Notes: a model not told the origin generated them from the sequence alone. DNA of 62,747 nt, filler included, from Folioceros fuciformis (GCA_049999805.1; 8 parts of 8 records of this genome joined end to end with filler, not necessarily neighbours in it); one strand, 5' to 3'; positions 1-12,631 are shown, numbered from the whole stretch's first letter. Numbers and translations are program-made.

Positions 1-342
1 AGTCTCCGTCCCTTTGCCCCTGCCCTCCCATGCGCCTGCCCGCGCCCAGTGCCGCCACGCCTCGTAGGTAATTCCTGCTGAAGCTGGACTGCTGGGTCCG
101 ACGCCAGCACCAGCTGCAGCGCCAGCACCATCCGCGCGTCGCATGGGGTAGCAGGACGCGCCTTCTTGCAATTGCTCCAGCCCGGCGGTGCCATGGCCGG
201 CGCGCACGCACTCTAGCGTAGGGCAAGGCTGGCATGGTGCGCATGGACACAGGGGTGCTCGCACGCACCCACGTCCTCGCCGGCTTCACAAGAATGGTGG
301 CAGGCAGGATCGGAGCAACACACGGAAAAAGCCAGGCCGCGG

Positions 343-3300
343 ATGTTGAAGAGCGGGAACCTTGTGCATCGCCTGTTTGCGCGGCAGATCGCCCGCGGTT
401 CTGCTAACAATCAAGTACGCCAGCCCCTGCCGCCGGGCACGAGGTTTTTTCTTGCGGAATTCACGCCCGCCTTTCCCTCTTGCTGCTCATTTCATTGCTC
501 TTGTTTGGGGTGGCAGGGGCTCAGGAATCGGCAGCTCTATGAGAACATCGTGCCTAGCCACACCGTGTATGATGTGGATTGCCCTGACCATGTCTTCCGC
601 AAATTCACCAACGACGGACAGTATCTTGTCTGCTTTAGTCGGAATCTCCAGGATCTTGTTGTCTACCGCCACAACTGGCTCACGCACTGCAGTAAGGGGG
701 CTGATTGCGACGCATCGGATGATCTCCCTCCCAAGTCCAAGAAGTTTGAAAGTTACTTCACGCAGCTCTATGTTGTGTCGCTTGCCTCCGGCAACGAGGT
801 AATCTGCAAGGATTTTTTCCTCACCACGGAGAATAATTTGTATGGCATCTTTGCCACCACGACTGGGCTTGATTATTCCGCCCCTGCCTCCCGAGGTGCC
901 GTGCCGGGGGTTCCCTCGGTTGAGAGGATATGCATTCACCTCGTTAGGTAATGTTTGCTCCTGCCATCACCACCTGCAGGAGCTTCATGGAGGCTTTGAT
1001 CCGTCGCCAGGGTGCCCGTTCTTCCACCATTCCAGTATGAGCATCGTCTGGCTTGATCTTGCAGGTTGTCGGATGGAGTAGTTGTGAACGAGCGCGTCTT
1101 CCATGATGACTACATTCAGCTCTCCCACAACGTCGGGGTGGGGGGAATGGGGGTCTTTTTGTACGATGACTTGCTGGTCGTCCTCTCTATTCGCTTCCAG
1201 TGCATTTACATCCTGCAAGTGCGAGAGGCGGGCTTGCTTGTGGACGTTCGTAGCATTGGCGCTCACTGCAGAGAAGATGATGAGCTGAAGATACACATGC
1301 AGGTTCAGGTATTTAAATATTCACTGGTTCAAGATTTGTGTTGGATTGCCATCTTTCTTTTTCTTTAACCCAGTCTGATTATTTTCGGCGCAACATCCAG
1401 GAGGAAGCATGGTTCCAACAGCAACAGGCAGCAGTTCGCAAGGCCAGGGGTGTGCAGACGGAAACTGATGATGCACAAGCTCATGGCGAACAGCAGCCGA
1501 AGGAAGGTTTGCCTTTCTGCTGGAATGTAAACAGCAGCCTCAAATCAAGAAACCGACAAAACGGTAGAATACATCAGAGGGGGCAGCCTTCTGTTTCCAG
1601 GGCATGTCTCTCACCTGGAGGAAGTCATTCTGTCCAGGAAGGCGCAGCTGAGGCCACTCCTGCTACTCCTGCAGGAATGTACGGTGGCCTTCAGGGTGCT
1701 GACCTCGACCTTCAGTATGACGGTTATTTCAGTGGGTTGTTCACCAGCTTGGACAACGGTCACAGGCACCACTATAGAGCTGCGGCTGGGGCTGGGGCCG
1801 GGGCTTCGGTCGTCCGTACTCGTGACCCCAGTCCCTCTCAGGGTAGCCACTCAAGACAAGGTAATGGCTTTGAAGCCGGTCCTTCGCAGGACAGCCGCGC
1901 AGCCTCAATGCGCCTTAACAGAGCGTTCTCGACGTATGACAATGTTTATGATAACCAGCAAAGGGCTCATCACAATGCACTGGCCTCTACCAGTGGGAGT
2001 GTCAGTGGGGGGCAGCATCTTGGTATGGGGCCGCTTTCATGGCAAAACCGGTCGGTTTCCAGTGCTAGCGGAGAGAGCACTGACCTGCTGACCAGCGAGA
2101 GAACTAGTCAATCTTATCGGGCTTCTAGCACCACCCTCACCAGCACCACATGCAGTGGCAGCGGAAGTGGGAGTGGGAGCAGCAAGAGGGACTGGAGTGT
2201 GACAGGCGGCAGTGCCAGTTACGGAGAGGCTGGGGGAGGTTTAGCGAGTAGGAACACAGCGGAAAATAACCATGAATATGTTGTGAGCAGCAGAACTCAT
2301 CGACCTCGTGCATCAGGGCTGACTGACATGATGGAGGTTGATGAGGTTGGTGCATCTATTGCAAGCGCACATCTGGCTAACGGTGCAGCAGTACGGACTG
2401 CCGTGGCTACGGCGCCTCCTATGCTTTCAGGATCTAGATTTGTAGCTGATGGTGGGGGATTGGTGAGGAGCCTAGATATGCAAAATGGTTCAGTGTCTGC
2501 ACCAGTGCATGAAAGCATCACTAGTGCAGGACCCAGAGTTAGCTTAGCTCCTGAAGGTAGTCGGCGAGCGCCTATCAGTGCTCACCGGTCCAATGCAGTG
2601 CTGAGAAGCAGTGGTCACATGTTAAGGGGAGGGGTTCCCTCAAATCCTTCCTCCTCTAATGGACGACCTGCAAATGGATTGGTTCTAGGTGTGAATGGTA
2701 GTGGAGTTGGTGTGCAAGCAGAACATGGCAACAATACAAGGATTTCGGATGGGGTAGGACAAGGAAATCTCATGTTAGGTGGTTTAAAGCAAAGACTACT
2801 CTCTTTCATTTTCCAGGGTATTCGAAATGATGCCGACCCTGTTCAGGTATTTGGTACCCCCCTGTGTATGCTGCACGTACGCCTCGCTTATCTGCTTTCT
2901 GCTCTGCATGGGTGCTGATAACAAGGCCTGTTGTGATGGTAGGCTGTGGCACGTGCTATGATTGATGCTGTAAATGTTGCGTGATCACAGAGGGCGAACC
3001 GTTTGAAGAGATTTTACTACGTCTTCCAGCAGTACGTAGATTTGGTTATGTGGAAGGTGGGATCATGGAAGCTCTGATTTGGTTTCACTGTCCCTTAAGC
3101 TGTGGTTGATAGACTTGCCGCTCACAACCTATGACGCATGACGAAAAGGAGCGTTGATTTTGTTAAGTGTAACGTATGGACTGCACTTTCCAGGTACAAT
3201 TTCTGGATCGGTATCATCTGCTGATCAAGTTTGGCAGCGTTGAGGGGGTGGTAAGTTGCCCAACCTGTATCAAACACTCGGATTTAGGGGAGTGCTTGTT

Positions 3301-4468
3301 GGTATGTATTAAACCGCTGCTCTCCAACTTAAGAGGCAGCGGGCTCTCAAGATTGCCTTGTTTGCCAGAGGTTCTTCAGTTTCGGTGCTTATACTTGATG
3401 GATTTCTGGCAGCAGGTTCCACGGACCGATGATATTTCCGAGCAGAGTGCTTTTTTCGCTGTGTACAATCTAGAGACAACGGAGATGCTGGGATTTTATC
3501 AGGTTGGCCAGCGATTTCCTTTCCATATAGTTGGTTATGTATGTGACTGTCCAGTTTTCCTGGAGCGATTCCTTGGTGACCGTTTCAGCTGTATCCCTTC
3601 GATTTGTTTTCCCAGCTTCTGTTCTGAAGTGTTGAGTACCAAGATGTGTAAACTACCCTCTGACCTGTGTGGCTGCAGAACTCGTCGGAAGAATTTTTGT
3701 TATCATATGAGCAATATTGTGATCATTTTAGGGTGGTACCTTCTGTTCCCGTTTCTATGAGCTTCATAACTTCTCACTCAAACAATTTGTATGCTCGGGA
3801 GCAATTTCACAAGCAAAAGGCTGCCCTCATCAATAGCAAGATTGCTATGGCCAAGGTTTGTTATGCTGGTGATGTTTTTCTTGTTTTGCTCTGTTCTCTT
3901 TGTTAGTGAGGTTAACCGATATCTTTATTCCTGGATTTGTTGCAGGTGGTGAGGAAAACTCTAGCGCCGTTGCCTTTCACCTCGCAATCACACAGTCCTT
4001 CCCCTTATTTCGATCAAGCTCTGTTCCATTTTGACGAGAAGGTCAGTACAAATCTACTGGTATTATTTTTGCTATTTCGTCTGGGACAGTGGTGGAGTAT
4101 ACTGCGGCTGCTGATAGTGCCTGTGTGTACACTGTTCAGCTTATATCAGCTGTTGACAGGTATAGGCCTTGCATGGAGCATCCTGTCAAATTCATCTCCA
4201 GGCGTCGTCCTAATTCACTGAAATTCAAAGTCAACCCTGGTATCGAAGTCCTCTCACCCGTCGGGTTAAGTGTGGTTGCATCTGACCAATTGCTCTTTTG
4301 TTGAGCAAGTTTTCTTACATTGACTTGGACGCAGGGTTGGAGCTGGGCTCTAATGATAGTCGAGGAAAGCGCGCTTCATTTATTTTTCATCCGATATATC
4401 CATTCGCAATCTCAGTGCAACAGGCACACTTGCAGCCGTCCATTGTCAACTTTCACTTCCGCAACTGA
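343..4468 (+). CDS. DET1: DE-ETIOLATED 1 (CUL4-DDB1/COP10 adaptor, light-signalling repressor), multi-exon
   Basis: Spliced translation gives hallmark DET1 segments: MLKSGNLVHRLFARQI, LYENIVPSHTVYDVDCPDHVFRKFTNDGQYLVCFSRN, ICKDFFL, MGVFLYDDLLVVLSIRFQ, CREDDEL, LGGLKQRLLSFIF, VQFLDRYHLLIKFGS, SPSPYFDQALFHFDEK and the terminal FIFHPIYPFAISVQQAHLQPSIVNFHFRN-TGA (4466-4468). GT-AG introns separate the blocks. Confidence 0.97.
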
Positions 4469-4814
4469 TATAAGTTCGACACGAAATGTGATCCGTTCGC
4501 TCAAAACGTCGGTGGTTGAAGTTCCTCGGCTTGATCAACTCAGTACAATTTTTTTTCCTTGTGCATCAATTTTGCCCAGGAAACGGAAGTACCGCTGCGG
4601 TCGACGGCTTCCATCTTTTCTGGTTATGCAGGTTCTACATTTGTGACCTGCCTGTACACTAGTTACAGAAGTATGATTAACCACGTTATAGAGTCGACAG
4701 TTAAAGCATTGTCCCAAAGCAAAAATGAGTTGCTTCGCACTGGAGATGGCCTTGCCAGATGCTTGACTAGCAAAATATGCCGATGCACAGGCCGTAGCTT
4801 GATTTGCATCAAGT

Positions 4815-6666
4815 CTATTCCTGAGCTATGTAAACCGTGGACTTAGAGAATCTACGAATAGACTCCTCGATTTCCCGCAATTGAGAGTCAAGAGTGGTCT
4901 TCACTTTCACCTGAGAGGGCGTTTCCACGTACAAGGGGAGACAGCTCAATCTGTGTTCAAGCTCCTGTTTATCTGTGTAGCATCGGAAGTGTCCAAACTG
5001 TGTAGGGAAGAAATGGCTAAATCAACAGACAGGCCTTGGGATTTTAAAGGCGGGTGTAGCTAAGGATACTGGATTCCAGAGTCTTGAGTACTTCTTTTCT
5101 CTCATCATCTTTCATTTGAACCACACCGGGCGGAAGCTTTTTAGCCTTCACTTGCAGCAACCTGCCACATCATCTGCTTTGCTGTGAGACTCGGCTTAAG
5201 ACCCTTTCCACTTTACTTCGTTTCCAGAAGGCCCAGGAACCAGGTCACCTTTGTTCGGCATCCTGAGCAAGCTCAATCTTCCGTCGCAACAAACTGCATG
5301 GCCCACCGTCCAGATCACCTCTGTGAGATGCTGGTGACCTCAATACTACCAGCCGATTTCACACATAAGGTTAGTGCTTACTATGCCGGAATTTTGCCAT
5401 AGTTCTCCTTTTGCCTGTCCTCCTTGAGTGGGGCAGGCCTTGGTGGTTGTTTTGTCACCGCATCATACAAGTTCTTGCTCACGAAGTCTATGGTCTTTTT
5501 GGGTTTGAAAGGCACACGAGGCTGAAGCACATGCTTCCTTGTAAGAAGAGGGGAAAGACTCTTGGACGGCCATGGTTGGGCTCAGTAAGCCACGGTTACA
5601 ACAACTTACTTCTGCTTTAATTTTCCGCAGTTTCTGCTTTTCGGATGCTGCGAACTCCTCCGCTACCTTCGTTAGGGTCTGTTTCAAAGTCCACCGAAAC
5701 AGCACTTCAGCACACCTCAACTCTCCCTCAATTCGTTAGAGGGTATGAGCGGCCTTAGATGGATGAATTTGACCTAGTGGCGACGACAACTGTTGTGGTG
5801 AATGGAGACACCCTTCGGTGAGAGAGGATAAAATCCTTCCAGTCACAGGATGTACTATGATACCAGGCATCTCTCTGGGACATGGTGAAAGGGAGCTGCC
5901 AGAAAACCTGAACAGCATAACAGAGCTACCAAACAACACTGCCCATGGACACCATGTCCTCAAAACGGTGTGACGCCTACTATTATGAGAAGCAACGGCA
6001 GTAAACAAGGAGCCAGCTAACTACCTGTTCCTTGGAAACCCGGTTTCGTTCACTCTGTTCCAAAATAGCTGCACGGTTATCCCTAGTATGATCCCGTGGA
6101 GTGATTCCTAGCTCTCGCATCTCCTCTCTGTCAAGAGCACTGATTCACTGTCCTGATTCCGCACAAACAAAACAGAGGACCAAGCGACAACCCAGACCTT
6201 GACCACACCATCCACAGCGCAAACACACCAAGTCAAACCTGATCCCTTTCGGCGGCCTCAGCAGATTATCAACTTGGGAGCTGTCAATGTGACTGGGCAA
6301 AGGGCCCCTCTTGTGCTTATTGATCTTAGGAGCTCCCAGGTCATCGTGATCCTAGACGGGGCAAGAAGAGGTTTAAACAAATGTGTTCTGTCTCCGGCTG
6401 AAGCCGGGGGACTGAATGAAATCCTAAGACAAACCTCGACCATTCAGATGTCTATCTTATATCACGATAACATTGAACACAAAGCAGTTTTAGTGTGCAC
6501 ATGCCGATGGATACAGGAGAGAGCTCTTGTCCCCTCCCTGGACTCCAGGAAGCCGCCCATCTGGAACAAGCTTGTAGATACTCTCATCTTCAATCCCTGA
6601 CACCAGTCGCTTCAAAGCTTGCAAATTCGACTTCTTGCAAGAGTTCTGAAGCACCGTCGGCCCCAT
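4815..6666 (-). CDS. Enkurin-domain protein (enkurin/ENKD1 family; ciliary/centriolar microtubule-associated), multi-exon
   Basis: Manual splicing of short exons gives EDESIYKLVPD, GITPRDHTRDNRAAILEQSERNR, KKTIDFVSKNLYDAV...ENYGKIPAYLLRRKIELAQDAEQR, LPPGVVQMKDDERKEVLKTLES and KQELEHRLSCLPLYVETPSQVKVKTTLDSQLREIEESIRRFSKSTVYIAQE-TAG (4815). This is the enkurin C-terminal domain pattern (YGxxPxYL, PPG..M.ddER.e.L..L, L.eIE..I..FS...VY). The start codon and one middle exon are uncertain. Confidence 0.85.
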
Positions 6667-6916
6667 AGACAGGAGATATCCTGCTGCGGTTGCGCAAACA
6701 AGGCAGACAAGTACGAGAAACCCCAGATACCGCAACGCATCAGCGACATGCAGAGACCGTCACCCGCGAAAGCCACAGGACCACACACAGCAGAATCCGA
6801 GCATGGAACAACACTACATTGGAGCCGGCGACGGTAATGGCAACATACTACACAGGCACATACGATCCCTGCTTACATTCGAGCGTCAAGACTTCCGGAC
6901 AAAACCTAATCGAATC

Positions 6917-6974
6917 TAACGGGGGGCGTTCCCGTCAGGCCGTCAATTAAAGTAGCCGTTACGCAGTTCCGTCA
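6917..6974. promoter_or_regulatory. Cluster of five CCGTYA/TRACGG boxes (MYB/MSA-like) in the bidirectional promoter between the enkurin-domain and CCDC57-like genes
   Basis: TAACGG 6917-6922, CCGTCA 6932-6937, CCGTCA 6940-6945, CCGTTA 6956-6961 and CCGTCA 6969-6974 lie near the middle of the 665-bp divergent intergenic region. The function is inferred. Confidence 0.55.
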
Positions 6975-7331
6975 GGACCTTTCCCGCTCTGGCAACCTTC
7001 TTGAGATCCAAACGTGGCCAGAGCTGTGCGTGTTGGATCGGTGTCGGACGTCGGCCCCACACAGAGGCAGTGCTGCACTCACTCTTGTTATTGCAACCAA
7101 ATCTAAGAGGAACATAATGCCGCGAGTGTGACGTGATTCAACCTTCATTTCATCAAATCTGGCCATGCGCAGGAGAAGGATATGCGCCACCACACATCAA
7201 AATTTTTACACGAGAGACAAGAATGTGCCGTGCCTCAGAGTTCCTCATTCTGTGTTATAGAGAGCGATTAGAACTTAAAAGCTCATGTGAATGACAGCTC
7301 AACTTGGCATAGCATATGGTGGGTTCCCAGC

Positions 7332-10300
7332 ATGGCACCGGACTCTGGGCTGTTTCGAACATTGCTAGAGCAGAAAGAGAAGGAATTGGTCTCACTTTGT
7401 GAACATCAAGTGCACCTCCTCCAGGACCAGGTGTCTAGTCATTGTCTCTTCCTGTTCAAGTCTCTTAGTAATCTCTCTGGAATTAGCCTGTCAAACTGGA
7501 AATTGTCGGTGGCATTGATTACGTAACTCCTCCAGCATCTTCTCTTTCCAGATTGCTGACAAGGGCAAGGAATCGGAAGACTTGGCAGGGCGACTTGCAC
7601 AGCTACAAGATGATTTTCAGGTTTCAATTTCCCGGACTCTGCATCCACACTGGCCTCCTTGTATCAGTTTACTGAATGCTACCGTGTTGTGTCCGTTATG
7701 TGAAGTACAATCTGGGCCTCCTGGACGATAGAGATGCCGAGCTTGCCCAGTACGATTCAGCCATATTATCTTTCCAGGTGACCAATAAAGATCTTCCATG
7801 AAATTGACATTCATGTCCCCAAGTGTTATACGAATTAGAATGGTGTTATGATTATTCCTGAATTGCACATGGGACCTTGATCAATCAGGCTGCAGCAAAG
7901 GAGCAAGAACGCCAACTTCAAGAAGCGAAAGCAAGACTGGTGGAATCCCAGGATGAGAGGGATCAGGTTGGCATCGTTGCATGCATCACAATCATAACAG
8001 ACGTAGCTCCTCGAGAAAAACAGCTGCTCTGATGTGTTGCTGCCCAACCATGTAGGAAAGGATAAGGACCAAGGAACTAGAGAATCACTACCAGAGGAAG
8101 CTCAAGGAAATGCAAGATCAGGTATGCTGTTGCTTTACAGCTGGTATCTGCCAACTTGAACATTGGGTATATACAGAAACTGGATTTCCACAGATGCAAA
8201 ACCTTCGCTTGACGAAAGAGGAGCTGCAAGCAAAGCAAAGGCTAGCTTTTGAGGCCACCCGTGCAGGTACTTGGCATCTCAAGTGCTTTGTTTTTCCCAG
8301 CGCATGTTACCGAAGGCCTCCTGAAGACATGCCCCTTGGAGCAAATTGGGTTCACTTTTGTTGATCTTCTCTGTACAGGTGTCAGGGAAAAGCTTTTTAA
8401 GACATTCCTAGTAACTCGTATACTCTTTTGCTTCAGACCTCATGCGACAGTTGATGGAAAAACAGGAGCAGTTGGACAATCAGAGCAAGGAGCTAGAGGC
8501 AAGATATCTTGACCAGTTGCACAAGCAGGAGCTGCAACACCAGGTTGTAGCAGATTGGGATTACGCAGTTTTTCGTATGGTAAACGACAAACACTACTTA
8601 ACTCAGCAGCTCCTTGACACAGATGCAGATGGATGAAGCTGTGAACAAGATTTTCACTTTGGAGGCACAAGTGAAACACCTAGTACACTCATCACCTGCT
8701 TTCCATATCCCATCAACAGGTGGGCCCAACTGGCGACGTACATTGAGTCGCTCACAATGGTGGACTTGTACTCGGTTCTGTGAATGCAGGAGAGAGAGTT
8801 AGAGGTAGTACGGAGCCGAGAAATCATGCAGCATAAGGAGGTGGGTTGCCTGCAAACCTTTGGTGGAGTGTACCTACTTCACAAATGATCAATCTTCCCT
8901 TGAACAGTAGTCTTTCTCAGCCGTCACGAACTATATCTCGATTCCAGGAACTCGAGCTGCAAGCCTCTCTGGGAAAGAAGGAGCAGCAGCTCCAGGTAAT
9001 TAGTTTCCTTTCTTAGTAGCTACATTGACTCTTGAATTCTTTCGTGTACTTCTGGCACAGAAGACTGCCAAGATAATCAGGCAGAAATTGATACTCCATT
9101 GAATGTTCAGGATATGTCGACGCACGTAAAGCGGTTACAACACGACCAGGATGATCTGAAATTGGAGCACGACAGGGAGATGAAGAGGATGTCTTACAAG
9201 TTGGAAAAGTTAGCCGAATCGCATGCCTCTGCACTCGCACAGAAGGTGCAAAACTGTTACTTCTTCAGGTTTGATGCATGATATACATGCTAAGGCAATA
9301 TATCTCCAGCTCACTAGGCGATAGAACCTAACAGAAATTCAATTGGCACTACTTAGTGGTAATTCAACCCTCCATATGCAACATACAGGAGGCATCGAAC
9401 CGGGCATTAGATTTGCAGTTGAAGGCGCTTGAAACTGAGCTTGCAAGGAACGAGGCAGAAAAGATTGAACAGATCACAAAATTCAAAGAGAGGGTAAGAC
9501 GAAATATGGGGCGTGCAGAACGCTGTTCTTTTGCGTGGGACCCATTATTAAATTCTTCCAAGATGCGCAGGTGAGGCACATGGAAGAGGAACTGGTCTCG
9601 CTAGAGGCTCAAGAAGAGGGGCACATTCGGGAGTTCAAACGCCGGCTAGAGCAGCGTTTACAGGCATGCTTCTCATCTACAACACGTTCCACTGTACCCT
9701 CACAAAGGACATCACATGTCGATCAGGCTGATAGTTTGCAGATGCTTTTCGAGTCACCTGGTAGATGACGTGAATGTGCATTTTTGTGTGACAGCGTTTT
9801 CGTATCCGTAATTCTTCGTGCAGAACTTTAAAACTGAGGCACTGAACTGGAAAGCCGAGCATGAGAGTCTGCTTTCCAAGTACTCTGTTGTACAAAAGGA
9901 GCTGACAGCAGCTCTCACGCGGGAGAAAATGCTGCAAGCAGAGATTTCTGAGAAGACAAAGGAACTTCAGAAGGTAGTCAAGCATACTCTGACCCTCGGT
10001 CTATTAATCTGACCATTGTTCTCAGGATGTCGAGGCTGAAATGCAAGGGGATTATTCTATGCGTTCTGCCAGGTGAATAAGTTGTTTTGATGTTCTCAAC
10101 GTAATTTAGACGCAGCGTATTCCACTGTAAAACCAACATTTCCCCAATTCACCTCAGGAGTGTCAACTGGGATGCACTACTTAGCAGCATGGTTAACTTG
10201 TTGAACTTCCTCAGGTATCAGTGCACTTCTCATATTCCATCCATCATATCTTAGTCCTCGATAGGCAAGAAGGAAAGAGCATTGAGTATTTCTTCTGAGC

Positions 10301-12114
10301 AGGAAGGTTTCATGGCCTTGCCAAAGCAACCACCTTTGGCAAAAATCAGAACAAATGTCAGCAAGAGTGTAAGCAACAGTGTGGTTTCTCTGGATACTGA
10401 CCTGCCTGCTCCATCACCTCTTCGTTCTCCATATTCTAGTCAAGGTACAAGTTGCATTTGCGTAGTAGCCGAGCTTTGACCCACCGTGAATCTAAGTCCA
10501 TTAGAAGGTCGTACGTTGAATTCAGATAGTCGGCGGTATGTGAAGCTGGCTCTTTAAATGGCACCTAAATTGTGACCACAGGAACACAGGATCATGTACC
10601 TGATTTCCAACAAGATCAAGAGTCGTTAGCCCAAGTGCAAGGCCTGCACCTTGAGAACCAGCAGCTGCAGACTACAGTGCAGGATCTGAAGGAACAGAAC
10701 GAGCGACTCAGATCTGTAGTGGGTAAGTTTTGTCCTAGCTGTTCGGCAGAGAGATTGCTGCGAAGATAGCCTAAGGTTTGTTTTCAATATGGGAACTCTT
10801 GATTAGGCATAATGCGGAAGGAGATGGAAGCATTGCAGAAAGTAGCGTTGGAGGAAAGCAGCAAAAACCAATTTACATCAACCATGTCAGAGGTGTGCGA
10901 ATTTTCCGGTCTTCCATCTCCAAGACATTGTTTATTCCAGTGTGTTGGCGTTAACTACGACTTTGTAGGTGACAATGCTCCAAGAGGAGATGCAAAAACT
11001 GACGTCCCAAGCAGTTACAATAGCGTCACAGCTAAAGGTTTTGCAAGAAATCAAAACCGACGGTAATGCAGGGGATGAAGGCATGATCTCGGAGGTTCAG
11101 AGCAAGAGGACTGCAACACAACCGCATCTGTGAGGAGTGTGCCTGTACTTTGAATGTTACCGCCGAGAAGAGGCTGTCTCCCGAATTTTGATGTCCACTG
11201 GGGTAACTGTAATGCATGTGCAGGATAGTTAACAAACCTCCCACTGGAACAGAAACAGCGACAATAATGGCGTTGGAAAGGGAAAAGGCCTCACTTCTGA
11301 GGCAGCTGGAAGTCGGCGGGGCTGACGTAATTCGCATTGCAAAGGAGCGTGATCAGTTGATGGAGCTGAGCAACTCATTACGGGCAGATTTGAACAGGTC
11401 AGTGGCATTCCGCAGCTACAATAATTACTTTGTCGAAAGCGTGGAACCCATCCTCGGTGCCCACTTTGTGGCCGGCTCCGCAATTGTGATGTAAACAGGA
11501 TGGGTTGCACTGACTGACCAGATCTAACTTCGCCTTGCCAGGTTGGCTCCTTTCGAATCTACGCAAGCTGTGTCTACTCAGGGTTTCACGAATCTTGAAA
11601 CGCATGTAAGCCATTGTAGTGGTACTGCAGACTACCCTATCGCCTGCACACCTGGCTCGGTTTATCTAGTCTTTCTGTCAAGTCATGTGAAATATTCACA
11701 CTGGCAACACCCATGTGTACAGGGTAAAGCAAATGAACAATCATACGATCGAGGAAAGAATGTTTTAGTTGCAAATGCATCCCAGAACAGTTCACAGCCA
11801 ACTGTTCACAAAAGCCGGTCAGATCCCTTCCAGAAACTCATGCAATTGCAGGGAACTTCGACTATCACCCATGAAAGACGAGCAGCGTCAGAATATGATC
11901 CCCTGCACAAGGTTAGTAAAGGCCGTGGCACAAAACTTTATGCACGTTGACTGGCATTTTGAAAACATGCCTCGTCATCTCACCAGAGATACAGTAACAT
12001 GCCCCACAGGGAACGGCTAGCCAGCTTTCTTGGTTGAAATCAGCCTCAAAACGTCGAGAGGACGCCGGCAAGGTCAAAGTGCGAAACTACAATATCAAGG
12101 ATGAAGCGCTGTAG
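7332..12114 (+). CDS. CCDC57: CCDC57-like coiled-coil centriolar protein, many short exons
   Basis: Spliced segments match recalled human CCDC57 motifs in the same order: LLEQKEKEL..LQDDFQYNLGLLDDRDAELAQYDS (human LQEDFVYNLQVLEERDLELERYD), EQNERLRSVVGIMRKEMEAL (EQNTSLRNAIAQMRKEMEAL), IAKERDQLMELSNSLRADLNR (LEKEQLIEMGNRLRAELGR) and C-terminal KVRNYNIKDEAL-TAG (KIRNYNIMD). ATG at 7332, stop at 12112-12114. Confidence 0.85.
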
Positions 12115-12631
12115 CGAATCATCCGCAGCCTGTCCTTGAGGTACATTCCTCTCAACCGTAACGGAGTGCATGATACACATTTGAAATTTGAACACATTTG
12201 ACGACTTTGGACCCTTGTTTATGTCAGGTAGAGACGACATCAACAGTTAATATATAGACGCTCGCCTGCGTGAGTCCAACATTATGCATGAGCTTAGATT
12301 TCACAAGACAGAAGGTTTCCTTGGACAACCAGGGCTAACTTGTGTCCGGGGGAACTGACATGCCCAAACCCCAGTCCTACTCGACTCCATATGTATTAGT
12401 TACATATGTATATTATTACTCCTGTTACTGCTGCTGCTGCTGCAAAGGAGCGCAAACACTCGCCAGCATTGGAACCAATGGGAGATACATGGGCCCAAGG
12501 AGAACTTGCGAGAAGAAATGTACGTGTAGACCACAAGGCACACACAGATGGCCCACAGGCGGACCAGTAGTTTGAAAGCCTTCGACTCCCAAGGCAGTTT
12601 TTGACCATAGACCACTATCTCAATTCATCAC

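Noticed and set aside
1-245. Possible divergent minus-strand gene start just upstream of DET1
   Set aside because: GC-rich sequence has few minus-strand stops and runs off the window; no recognisable motif.
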